A stretch of DNA of 64,000 nt from Cladosporium halotolerans (taxonomy: Eukaryota). Shown here piece by piece: positions 1 to 11,245 of this stretch. The stretch spans positions 1 to 64,000 of the forward strand of contig NW_027191490.1 of the NCBI RefSeq assembly GCF_011745625.1, written 5' to 3'. The notes under the pieces were generated by a model. That model saw only the letters and a program-made list of their open reading frames with translations. It made no database searches and was not told where the DNA came from. Position numbers and translations under genes: made by a program. Each line of letters starts with the position of its first letter. The stretch's first letter is position 1.

Positions 1-652
1 CTACCCCCCCTCCCCCACAACCCCGCCCTCCCTCCGCATCCTCGAAACAAACCTCAACGCAGTGCTATACACAACGCACCTAGCCCTGCACGCCTTCGCA
101 TCCCTCAACGGAACCACCGCCCAAGGAACGCAAGACACAAGCCTCACGCTCGTCGGCTCCGGCGCCGCCTTCCTCGACTGCCCGCGCGGGCCGCAGTACG
201 CCGCGGCCAAGTGGGCCATGCGCGGCCTCATGCACAGTCTGAGGCGCACGGCGCATTTCTATCATAGCAGAGTCAACGTGCTGTCGCCTTGGTTCGTCTC
301 TTTACCTCCTCTCTCTCTCTCTCTATCTGTCCGCAAGCTGGCAGAAACTGACAAAAATTAAAGGTACGTCCGCACGTCCATCCTGCCGGAATCAGCCTAC
401 GAACACGTCGAGGCGGCAGGCGTGGAGTTTGCCACAGCAGAGGACGGCAGACAATTGCTGCTGCGGATCGTGAGCGACAGCAGGATCCAGGGGCGGCAAT
501 TGTTTCTCGCGCCGCGGAAGTGGGCTGCGAGCGGGGGCTTGGATTTGGGAATCGATGATTTCGAGGGCGATGAGTTTTTGCAGCAGGTGCAGAGGGAGCA
601 GTTGCTCGGGGCGCCGGTTGAGGAGGGGTTGTTTTTCGAGGGGAGGTGGTAG
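1..652 (+). CDS. Short-chain dehydrogenase/reductase, C-terminal part (5' end outside window); intron ~292-363
   Basis: Spliced translation ..ILETNLNAVLYTTHLAL..VGSGAAF..PQYAAAKWAMRGLMHSLR..RVNVLSPW/YVRTSIL.. has the catalytic YxxxK and SDR RVNxxxPWxVxT motif. GTTCGT donor, CTGAC branch, AAG acceptor. Confidence 0.85.
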
Positions 653-817
653 GAGAGTGAAGCTGGGTAGGGTAGGTAGATGGATCATCAGGTCTGAATG
701 ATCTCTTCGTGTGATGGTATCTCTATAGACAAAAAAGTTCCAAAATCTATACAAATGCACGCAGTCGCTCAAAAACAAACAAACGGAAACCTCCCGTCAT
801 TACCAATCACCTTTAAA

Positions 818-3800
818 TCAACCCCTCCGAACCTCCGGGGCTCCCTTCTCAACATCCCTCGCTGCCTCGCCGGCATCCTGCACGCGGATCTCCGGCGCGA
901 TGGCCGGGGCCGTCGTCTGCTCGACCTCGAACCCCTCCTCATCAGCGTCCTTCTCGCCATCGCTCTTCTTGCTCCTCTTCATCTTCCTGCCGAGGCGGCT
1001 GAAGAAGCGGCTCGTGGGCCTCCAGACCTGCACGAAAGGCCAGCCGACGACCTTGGCGATCCGCTCGAACCACAAGTCGGGGAAGAGGCGGATGAGGACG
1101 GCCCAGGGCAGGCAGAGGGCGGACAGGACGATGGAGATGCCCCAGTCCTTGCCGTCGATGCGCTGGATGGAGAAGGCGCGGCCGCCGACGTACATGATCA
1201 TGACCTGGCAGGTGATCATGATGAGGGAGATGGCGATGAAGAAGTAGTTGCGCTGCACGCCGGCCAGGATGTTGAACTTGTTGTCGAGCCGGCGGTTGTT
1301 GAACTGGTTGAAGATCTGCATCCAGACGAAGGTGTTGAACACCACGCTGCGGATCTCGAGCCCGTCGAACTCGTAGTTCAGGATGCTGGGGCCGACGTAG
1401 TACAGGATGAAGGTGACGATGAGCTGGAAGATGGCCTGTCCGATGATCATCTTCCACATGATGGTGGAGATGAGCGGGGCGGAGCGCTTGGCGGGTTTGC
1501 GGTCGAGGATTTCTTCCGTCGGAGGGTCGGAGGCGAGGGCGAGGGCGGCCATGGAGTCCCTGATTGTGGTGTTAGTGATGTTTTTATTGTTGTGATGCGG
1601 AAAGGCAAACTTACATGATGAGGTTGATCCAGAGGAGCTGGACGGCCGTGAGGACTGAGCTGCCCTCGCTGTTGGCGACGGCGGAGACGAAGGTGATGAG
1701 GACGGCGGTGATGTTGACGGTGATCTGGAATTGGAGGAACTTGCGAACGGCGTCGTTAACGGCACGTCCCCACATGAGAGCGGTCAGGATAGAGGCGAAG
1801 TTGTCGTCCATGAGGATAATGGCAGAGGCCTCTTTGGCGACCTCGGTACCGGCGATACCCATCGAGAAGCCAATATCAGCGGCCTTGAGGGCAGGTCCGT
1901 CGTTGGTACCGTCACCGGTGACAGCGACGATTTCACCAAGGGCGCGGAGCTGGGTCACGAGGATGCGCTTGTCTTCGGGGGATGATCGGGCCAGGACCTG
2001 AAGTTTAGGGAGAACCTCCTTCATCTCAGATTCGCTGAGGTTGCGGAAGACCGGACCTTCCATGACAGTGCCATCGGTGTAGATGCCGCAGTCAGTGGCG
2101 ATAGCTTTGGCAGTAACAAGGTTGTCACCAGTGACCATGCGGACAGAGACACCGGCGAATTGGCACTTCTTGACAGCATCGGGCACACCAGGGCGAACGG
2201 GATCTTGGATACCGACGAGACCATTGAATGTCATGTTGTTGAGGACAGCGTCGAAGTCGGCCTGCGTAGGGTCGCTGTCGGAAGCGCATCCGACAGGAGG
2301 CCACTGCTTAAAGTCCTTGGAGATCAATGCGATGGTGCGGAGAGATTGCTTAGCGTAAGAATCGATGACAGACTCGAGGTTCTCGCGGTCGTTGGACTCC
2401 AGGCTGGAGGTGCCAGAAGAGCGGGCGATTTGAGAGCAGTGGCCGAGCAGAATTTCAGACGCACCCTTCACGTGGAGACGGTGCATGCCATCAGCGAGCT
2501 TCTGAACTGCGCCCATGCATTTGCGACCAGAGTCGAAAGGAATGAGCTGGACGATCTGTGCGTTGGAACGCTCCTGAGAAAGAGGACCCATACCAAGCAC
2601 TTTGGCGAAGCTGAGCAGAGCAGTCTCGGTCTTGGATCCAACGAAGGTGCCATCCGCTTCATTCTCGAATGCTGTCGAGTTGATAGCAATAGAGTCGATC
2701 AACTGACGTCGCTCAGACTCGTTCAGCTGGGTGGCGAATGAAGTCAGGCGGCTCTCGTCACCGACGGCGTTCTTATCATCGAAGGAGCGCTCGCCAAAGG
2801 TGCCAGTAACGACAGTCATGACGTTCGTTGTCAAGGTTCCTGTCTTGTCGGAACACACTGTGGTTGCATTTCCCATTGTCTCGCAAGACTTGAGGATGCG
2901 GACCAAGTTGTTCAGCTTGACCATCCTAGTGGTCGCGAAAGCCAGGGCGAGAGTGACGGCGAGAGGAAGACCTTCTGGTACAGCGACCACGATGACCGTG
3001 ACTGCGACAATGAGAATATCCATGAACTCGGACGCTTTTTCGCTCGGCGACAGCGGGCTGTCCGAGAGACCAGCGACGAAGCGGAACAAGAGGACGAAGA
3101 AGAGCAAGATGGCAGCGGCGGAACCGAGCTTGGCGATGGCGCCAGCGAGACCGTCGAGCTTGACCTGGAGAGGAGTAGGTGCCATGTCGACACGCATTGC
3201 CATGAGGATCTTGCCGTAGCTGGAGTTGACACCGACAGATGTGACGAGGTAAGTGCCAACACCTTCCAAGACCTTGCTGCCAGAGACGATGAACGGATCC
3301 ATGTCTTTGCCTTCGGTTTGACCTTGCTCCAGAAGTTGGAAGACGCGCTCGCCAGGTGTCTTCTTGAGGGCGTCAGATTCACCGGTGGCGGAACTCTCGT
3401 CGCATTTCACATTATGTCCAGTGATGAAGATGCCGTCGGCGGGGACCAAATCACCAGGTTCCATGTGGACGATGTCGCCGGCGAGAATTTCGTGGATCGA
3501 AATCATGAATGACTTTCCAGAACGGAGAACCTTGACCTCCCTGTTGTCCTTCTTCGCGTTGAGCTTGACGAAAGCGCGCTCCTTTTGATAGTCGTTGAGA
3601 GAGCCGACGAGAACGACGACGAGGATGGCAATACAGATAGCGCAACCCTCTACCCAGTCGATTGACGGAGGAGCACCTGGAGGGTGCTCTACGCCAAACG
3701 TTTCGTATAATCCCAGAGCAAGGGAGATAGCGGCGGCAACGGTAAGCAGCCATAGGATCTTATCGTTATAGGCCATCCACATCAATTTCCAGAGAGGGGT

Positions 3801-4520
3801 GGGCTTCTTCTCCGGAAGGGCATTGTTGCTAAAGACGCGAATGCGGTCGGTGAAGGAGCCGGTAGCGGCGCTTGCGTTAGGCGCAGCGGCGTCGTGAGTT
3901 ACCACGTCTTGCGGGTTCGTCTTCGTTCCTGCCTTCTGTCCATAATTTGAGGCCTCCTCGAAGGAGACATTACCACTAAGGTTGGACTCGTCGACGCTGA
4001 GACCAGTCTCGATGTCGGTCCTGAGGCCATGCTCGATGCCCCTGATGCCGCCTAGCGCGGCGTACGCAGCAAGCGACTTGGGGTTGAGAAGCTTGTTGAG
4101 CTGACCCGGGGAGAAGGCGAACTTGTTGTCTTGCACGGTGAAGTCCTTCTCGGAGCCAGGGTCGGGCTTCAAGGCGTCTTGACGCTCGACATCGCCAAAG
4201 ATGCTGGAAGTCTTTGACGAAGCTCCTCCCGAAGACTGGGGAGGCTTGAGCAGAGGGCTGTCTGAATGTGCAGTGCTACCGCTGAGGGAGCGATCCCGGC
4301 CAAACGTCGGGGTGTTGAGCTGTGAAGGGGTGCTCGGGTGGAGGGTTGCGGGTGTATGTGTGGCAGAGATAGAGTCCTCGTTGTTATTGTCAGGCTGTGG
4401 TAGATTGTTAGTGTGTCGGTCGCCAGAGCAGGCGTGAGCCGGAGCATCACTCACGGGCACATCGACGTTGATGCGCGGCAGGTCGAGCCTGTTGGCATCG
4501 TTGGCGCTGTTCTGCGCCAT
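818..4520 (-). CDS. PMC1: P2B-type (PMCA/PMC1-like) calcium-transporting ATPase; intron 1560-1614
   Basis: DKTGTLT phosphorylation site, TGES actuator, VAVPEGLPLAV, TGDGTNDGPAL, and QLLWINLIM/DSMAALALA joined across a GTAAGT..CTAAC..CAG intron. Confidence 0.93.
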
Positions 4521-5723
4521 GTTTGCGATGTACGTTAATTGGATGCGAGTTGGGAAGGATCACGACATGGGAAAGCCACACGGAGGAAAAGAGATGTATT
4601 TTACTGAGTACGGCGGCGGACTGCGCAGCGCAGTACACAGCCCCGGGAGCAGCATCACGGCTCGATTGTCGCGCATCGCGTGGGGGCAGGCGGTGGAAGG
4701 AGGCAGTGCAACGTCTCGACCAGTCGCAGGGGAGGGTAAGAGCGACGTCGTTCTTGGCTGCACTCAGAGGCGTCTGCGCGCGCCTGGGCGGCGGCTGCGC
4801 TGGGAGGAGGCCGCCATGGCGCGATTGGGGCGCATGAGGTGCTCGCTTGCGTCAGGCACGAGTATAACAATCGCACACGTCCGCGATATCTTGCTTGTCG
4901 ACGGCTCTGCCTGCTGGCGGTGCAGTGGCAAGTGTGTGCGCAATCCTCGCAGCGCCTCGCGGGCAGAGTCCAGGCTCGAGGTCGCGCGGCTGGGCAGAGG
5001 CGAAGAGGCCTTGGACGAACTCTACATGCAACCAAGCGCGGCCATGACCGGCCATGCGCCACACTTCGCCACCACCGCCACACCTGATGCCTGAGACATC
5101 CCCGTCACCCCGTTGAGGCTGAAGGCCATCATGCGCGCTCTTCGGCGAAAGGCCGGCTACGTACCCCTCGACCGCAGCAGCACAACCACCTCGCTCTCGC
5201 CGTCATGCCGAAACCAGCAGAAACCTGCAATACTACGGTAATGACACCGAGGTGGCAAGACTCGCACGCTCTCGGCTTGCCGTTGGGAGACGCTCGGCTC
5301 AAGTCGCGTCAGACTCCTCCCGCCTCCGACGCTGCGCAAAATCTTAAAACGGCCGCCAAGCGCAATCCCTTGGCGCCTTCCGCCCCCCTCTCCATGGGGT
5401 AGTCAGCTCCGCTCGTCCATCTGCTCGACGTTTGCTGCACGAGTGCTACCCAACCATCATCGGCATCCTCGTGCGTGCCATGTTCGCTGATCTCGACGCC
5501 CCGCTGTCATCGGTCGTCTGCAGGTGTTCGTTCATCTGCAGGAGTCGGTCAGGCAGGCACTTGCATTCTCCTGCTGGCTTGTTGAAGGAAGGTGCGGCAT
5601 GGCGTTCTTGTTGGCTTTGCTACGATGCAGCTGTCTCCGTCTGATTAGTCCTATCGATGCAGGATTATGTCCGCATCCATTGCAAGGTAATTAATAATTC
5701 TCCAAGTCACCTGTAAGTCACTC

Positions 5724-5784
5724 GCATGACTGCTCATCCCGACTACCACTTGCATGACTGCTCATCCCGACCACCACCTGCATG
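5724..5784. repeat. 28-bp tandem duplication (2.2 copies)
   Basis: gcatgactgctcatcccgactaccactt / gcatgactgctcatcccgaccaccacct / gcatg. Confidence 0.9.
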
Positions 5785-6537
5785 CATCCGCAGCGTCCCG
5801 CCTTCACTTCATCGATACCAGAAAATACCTCGTGCTTCCGAAACCGGAACGCACCCAACACTTTCCGTCGGAATATCATATGTGCTACTTCACTCAAAAA
5901 TCTTCGACAAATCTCCATCAGCCATCGCCTTCTCATTACCCGCAAGCACTTCCATTTCCACCTTCAACTTACCAACCACCGACACCCCGCCGCCGATCCC
6001 GTCTGGGCACCCAAGACTCCCCCAAATCTTCACCCTCACACAAGCAAGCGCCCCTCTCTCCCAGAAAAGCCTTGTACCCCTCCGTTAACGGCCTCCGCAA
6101 TCGGGCCTCCAAACCAACCGCATCCTTTCTACACATCAATTCATCAACGAGACCGCAGATCCCTCGTCCCTTTCTCTGGAAGCAGAGCCGCAAGCAGGCG
6201 GCACGGCTTTCCATCTACGCACGCCGCGCCGGGAACAAGCACCCTCCACGGTCGGATTGAGGGGTGCAGGTGCCTTAACTCGACAGACAAGCAATAGCGT
6301 GTCTTTATGAGGATCCTACTGTAGATTGCTTAGACGATTATTGGACGACCGGTTCGGAGTTGCATCTATTGCATCTGCTTCTGCTGCACCGCGGTGGAAT
6401 GTAGTCCGTAGTTGTAGTGGCAGCAGACTAACGTCCAATATAACACTCATGTCCTCGATCCAGTCCATTTGATCGACCTCCTCTTCCACAACCCTCCCTC
6501 CTCTCCTCCCAACAGACGAACCAGCGAATCCGCAACA

Positions 6538-8677
6538 ATGCGTTTCTCCTCCCTCACCAGCGACCGCCGCGCCTCGTCTTTCACGGACGAAAAGTCCAAA
6601 GACGCCGGCGCAGAGCACATCGACCAGCTCGAAGTCACCCGCACCGAATCCGCCGCCGCCGCCGCCGCCCCTATCGACGAAGAAGCATGGCGCGCGCGAG
6701 AGAGAAGGATCGTCCGCAAACTCGACATGACGCTGCTGCCGACCGTGTGGACGCTGTATTTGTTCAAGTGCGTCTTGCTCTCCAAACCCCACTCGATCGA
6801 CTCACATTGTATTTGACAAACGCTGACTTGAGCCGCGTGCCGTAGTTATCTGGACCGGAACAACATCGCGTCCGTCCTCGCCCATTCAACTCCTCCCAAA
6901 CCAAGAAGAACAGCAAAAAGCTAACGACGCTCGCGAAACAGCCAAGCCCGCCTCAACTCCTTCGAAGAAGACCTCTCCCTCACCGGCAACGACTTCAGCG
7001 TCGCCGTCTCCATCCTCAGCGTCGGGTTCGTCAGCACGATGCATCCCCCGTCCTCTCTTCCTCCATCTGGACCAAACCCGGTGCTGACGATCGAATGGAC
7101 AGATACGTCCTCATGCAGATCCCCAGCAACATGATCCTGACGAAAGTCCGGCCCTCGCTGTACATGCCCTTCTGGGTCTGCGTGTGGTCGTGCATCTCGG
7201 CCGCCACGGCGGGGACGACGAGTTTTGGCGGGTTGGTGGCGGTGAGGTTTTGTCTTGGGTGAGTTTTTAGATATCGCGGTTCTGGGGATGGGGTTTTGTG
7301 ATGGCGTGGGATTGCTGACTTGGGATTTTGGGGCGTAGTGTTGCTGAGGCGCCGTTTTTTCCGGGTGAGTTCCGAGTTTGATGATCTGCTTTGGGTTATG
7401 CGTCGCTGACGTGCGTTAGGTGCTTTTTACATGCTTGTGAGTACACTAAGCTGCTGAATGTTTTCGGTGGACAATTCTGACGATCGAAAGTCGTGCTGGT
7501 ACACGAAGAAAGAGTTGGCATTGAGAACCGCGATCCTATACTCTGGTCTTGTTCTAGCGACTGCCTTCTCAGGCTTGTTGGCAGCAGGCATCTTCGCCGG
7601 ACTGGATGGATCGATGTAAGAATGATTCAACGGCACTGCTGAACCCAATACTGACACCATTTCTCAGGGGCTTAGCAGGCTGGCAATGGCTCTTCATTAT
7701 CGAGGGCGCAGCCAGCTTCCTCATGGGCCTGATCGCCGTCTTCATCCTGCCCGACTTCCCCTCCTCAACAACTGGCTCCGGCACCTGGCTCTTCAACGCC
7801 GCCGAACGCCAGCTCGCCATCGAGCGCATCGAGCGCGACCGCGTCTCCGACAAAGAATCCGACCACTCGATCTGGTACGGCCTCAAGCTCGCCGCGAAAG
7901 ACTACCGAGTCTGGGTCTTCGTATGTCTTTGCCCCCTCAACCTCTCCCCTCCCTCCCGCCCTGCCCTGCCCTAACACTCCACTCCCATCACAGTCAATCA
8001 TGCTCTCCGCAAACCACAGCGCCTACGGCTTCAACAACTTCTACCCCTCCATCGTCCGCGGCTTCAACCTCGGCAGCAACACCATCACGCTCGTCTGCAC
8101 TGCGCCCCCCTACCTGATCGGCGCCCTCATCACCTTCGCCATGGCCTACAACTCCGACCGCACCAACGAGCGCGGCTGGCACATCATCGCCTCCATGAGC
8201 GTCGCCATCGCGGGCTTCGTCATCAGCCTCGCGACGCTCAACGTCCCCGCGCGCTACTTCGCCAGCTTCCTGTACATCGCGGGCTGTTTTACGGGCAACA
8301 GTCTTGTTTTCGCATGGGGCGCGAGCACGACCAGCCAGACGCCGGAGAAGCGCGCGTGCGCGACGGCGATCATTAATGTGCTCGGGCAGGCGGGGAATAT
8401 CTGGTAAGATTGGTCTTTCTTCCTCCCTTACGACAGATAAACAGGTGTGTGTGGAGATGAGGTGTGCTGACGGAAGTGTTTGCGCTGCAGGAGCCCTTAC
8501 TTCTTCAGCGCGGGCGAGGAGCCGCGGTACGTCAAGGCGATGCTGCTGATGATCGCTTTCAGCGTGCTGAGCATTGCGTGCTGTGCGCTGATGAAGGTCG
8601 TGCTGGTTAGGGCGAACAAGAGGATTAAGGCGAGTTTTGAGGGGACGGGACGGACGCCGCAGTTGTATACCCTGTGA
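6538..8677 (+). CDS. MFS transporter, anion:cation symporter (allantoate/nicotinate permease-like); 10 exons
   Basis: Spliced motifs RKLDMTLLP, YLDRNNIAQAR, QIPSNMIL, GVAEAPFFPGAFYMLSCWYTKKELALRTA, GWQWLFIIEG, SDRTNERGWH. Nine GT-AG introns; exons about 6538-6767, 6846-6869, 6942-7025, 7103-7258, 7339-7364, 7420-7436, 7491-7615, 7667-7920, 7994-8403, 8491-8677. Confidence 0.92.
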
Positions 8678-9011
8678 GGTGTTGTGAGCTCTGGGTGGAT
8701 CTCTGGAGAGGGTATGGAAGGGGGATTGCTTGCTGAGCGGAAGTTTATTGAGTGAAAAGGCTTGGCGGCTGAGATGGATGTGGTGTTCATTGAATGTCCG
8801 GAATGGTGCTTGAGCGCGAATCTGGAAGATGAAGCCGAATGGGAGCGGAGAATTTCCATGAGTTGGCATTCAATATCAACACGGCTTGATCGAGGGTCTT
8901 AGATGAAAACGGCCGTGATTAACGCCGACAGCGACGTTCATACATTACAAAAGAGAATACACTACGCTAGTGTCATGTCATAAACGTATTACCACACCTT
9001 CTTCCATCACA

Positions 9012-11245
9012 TTACAAATCCTCCTCCTTCAGCTCGCCGTTACCGTGGTGGTGCTCGCCGCTGTGGCCGCCGTGGTGGTGGTGCTCGCTGCTGCTGTATC
9101 CGCCACCGCCGCCAGAGTGCATGACGGTGCTCCTCGAGACGATGCGAGAGCCACCAGACTGCTTGGAGCCCTCGGCCTTCTGAAGAGCGTGGAACTGCGA
9201 GATCTTCTGTTCCTCGAAGCGCTCGAGGTCGCGGCACTTCCTCTCGTACTGAATTTATGTAGTTAGTGTTTGGACGTCCCGTAAGCAAATCAGATTCTCG
9301 ACTTACCATGTCGATCGCGTTGTCTCTCTCGCGGTCGGCAGAGTTGCGGGCGGAAATGGCACGCTCCTTCTGCTCACGCGCCTCAACAAGCAGAGTGCGG
9401 AGGCTCTCAATCTCCCAACGGAGCTCCTCAGATTCGCTGTCGAACGATTCGTACCGCTCAGTGACCTCCTCGTACTCGTGCTTGAAGTCGTCGAGTTCCT
9501 TGCGAGCGTTGTCGCGGGCGTCGATGATTTCGCCGTTCTGAGCGAGGGCGAGGGTGAGCTTCTCCTTGAGAAGGGCGATCTCCTTCTCGAACGGTCCGTG
9601 GCGCTGGCGGGCATCATCGCGGGTCCTCTCGGTCTCCCTGATGACTTCGGTGAGCTTGAGGGATTCGCTGCGGAGCTCGGAGATGTTGCTCTCGGAGCGG
9701 GCGATCTGGTCCTGCAGGGTGGTGACTTGACGCTGAACGTCGAGCACGTTGCGGCGCTCAGTCTCAACGTCGTCCTTGAGGGTATCGCGCTCCGACGTGA
9801 TGAGGCGGAGCTGGTCGTGCTTGTCGTCGAGCTTGGTCTTGAGAGTCTGGGTCTCAATAGTGATTTGGCTGAGCTTCTCATTGGTGGTTGTGACCTCTCT
9901 TCTGACCTGCTCCAACTTGAGACTAAGATCAGTGTTGTGCGTCTCAACATCGCTGAGACGAGTGGTCTTGTCCTTGATCTCGTAGCGCAGGCGCTCAATG
10001 GAGGAGACGTGGTCATCACGCTCGAGCTCGACCTGGCGAAGCAGGTCTTTCTCGCGCTTGGCCTCACGCTGGATTGTCTCGAACCTCTCGTTAAGGTCCT
10101 GCAGCTCTCTTGTTGTCTCAGCGTGCCTGGCAATGGCACGCTTGAGCTCATCCTGCAGACGGTCCTTCTCGTAGAGGAGCTCGGAGCGCTCGTTCTCCAG
10201 AACGCGGTTGCGGTCGGTGGCGGTGGCGGTGTCCTTGCGAGCATTCTCCAGCTGACTGGTAAGGTCCTGAACCTTGGCAGTCAACTCACTGTTGATGCGG
10301 GCAAGGTTACGGTAGTCGCTGCGTTGCCTCTCGGCGTCGTGGATAGCAGCGTCGCGCTCGGCCTCGCGGTCACGCAGCTGAGCATTTCGGGCCTCCAGGT
10401 CGCTCTTGTAGGTGTCGTGGTGGAACTGCAAGCTAGAAAAGGACGCCTGCAGAGCCGAGTAGTCCTTGCGCGAGCGCTCCTATATGCTAGTCAGTAAAAC
10501 GGTTTGCAAAATCAAGGTTGAGAGGAGACTAACAATCTCAAGATCGCGCTCGGCAACCTTCTTCTCGTGCTCAGTGGAAGCATCCTTAGACACGTTGATG
10601 ATTGCGAGAAGCTTCTCAATCTCCGTGTTCTTCTCTCCAAGCTCTGACCATAGATGTCAGCATGCGGTCATGAGGTTACGCGATTAATTCCGGCTTACCG
10701 CGGTGCCTGTTGTCGTGTTGATCATCCTTTGCCTCGAGCTTCTCCGAGTATTCTTCGATCTGGATCATGAGCTCCTCACGCTCGCGGTCAAAAGCTTCAC
10801 GGTCCGCCATGAGAGTCATCCAATACTCTTTGAAAGAAGATGCCTCCCTGCTGGCGGAAGTCATCAATTCCATCAATGCGGTAAACTTGCTCTCCGCCTG
10901 AGCACTGAGGTCTGAAGACATCTTGCTCCTGTGGCTGGCCAGAAAAGAGCTTTGCCTGCGCGAGCCGCCACTGGTGATCATGCGAGAGGAGCGGAAGGCC
11001 TTGGAGCCTCCAGTCCTGGAGCCACCAGCGACACTCTGTGCGCCTGAGAAGCCGCGTGCGCCTCCACTACGAAGCAGAGACGAGCGACCACCGAACTTGG
11101 GAAGGTCGCCAGGCTCAGAGCTAGCATCCTGCTGTTCGTTGAGAGTCTTGAGCTTGTTCACTGTGAGCTTCTCAGGGCCGAGATCAGCTCCGCCATTGAG
11201 AAGGCCCGCGGTGACATTGCTTTGATCGGTATCGGAAAGGACCAT
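9012..11245 (-). CDS. Uncharacterised 688-aa coiled-coil protein with G/S/R-rich head and G/S/H-rich tail; 4 exons
   Basis: Exons 11245-10699, 10643-10534, 10479-9307 and 9248-9012 join in frame (2067 nt). About 500 aa of E/K/R/L-rich heptad sequence; strong C/G-ending codon bias. Confidence 0.85.

Noticed and set aside
9012..9030. C-terminal KEEDL as an ER-retention signal
   Set aside because: The protein has no signal peptide, and fungi typically use HDEL.
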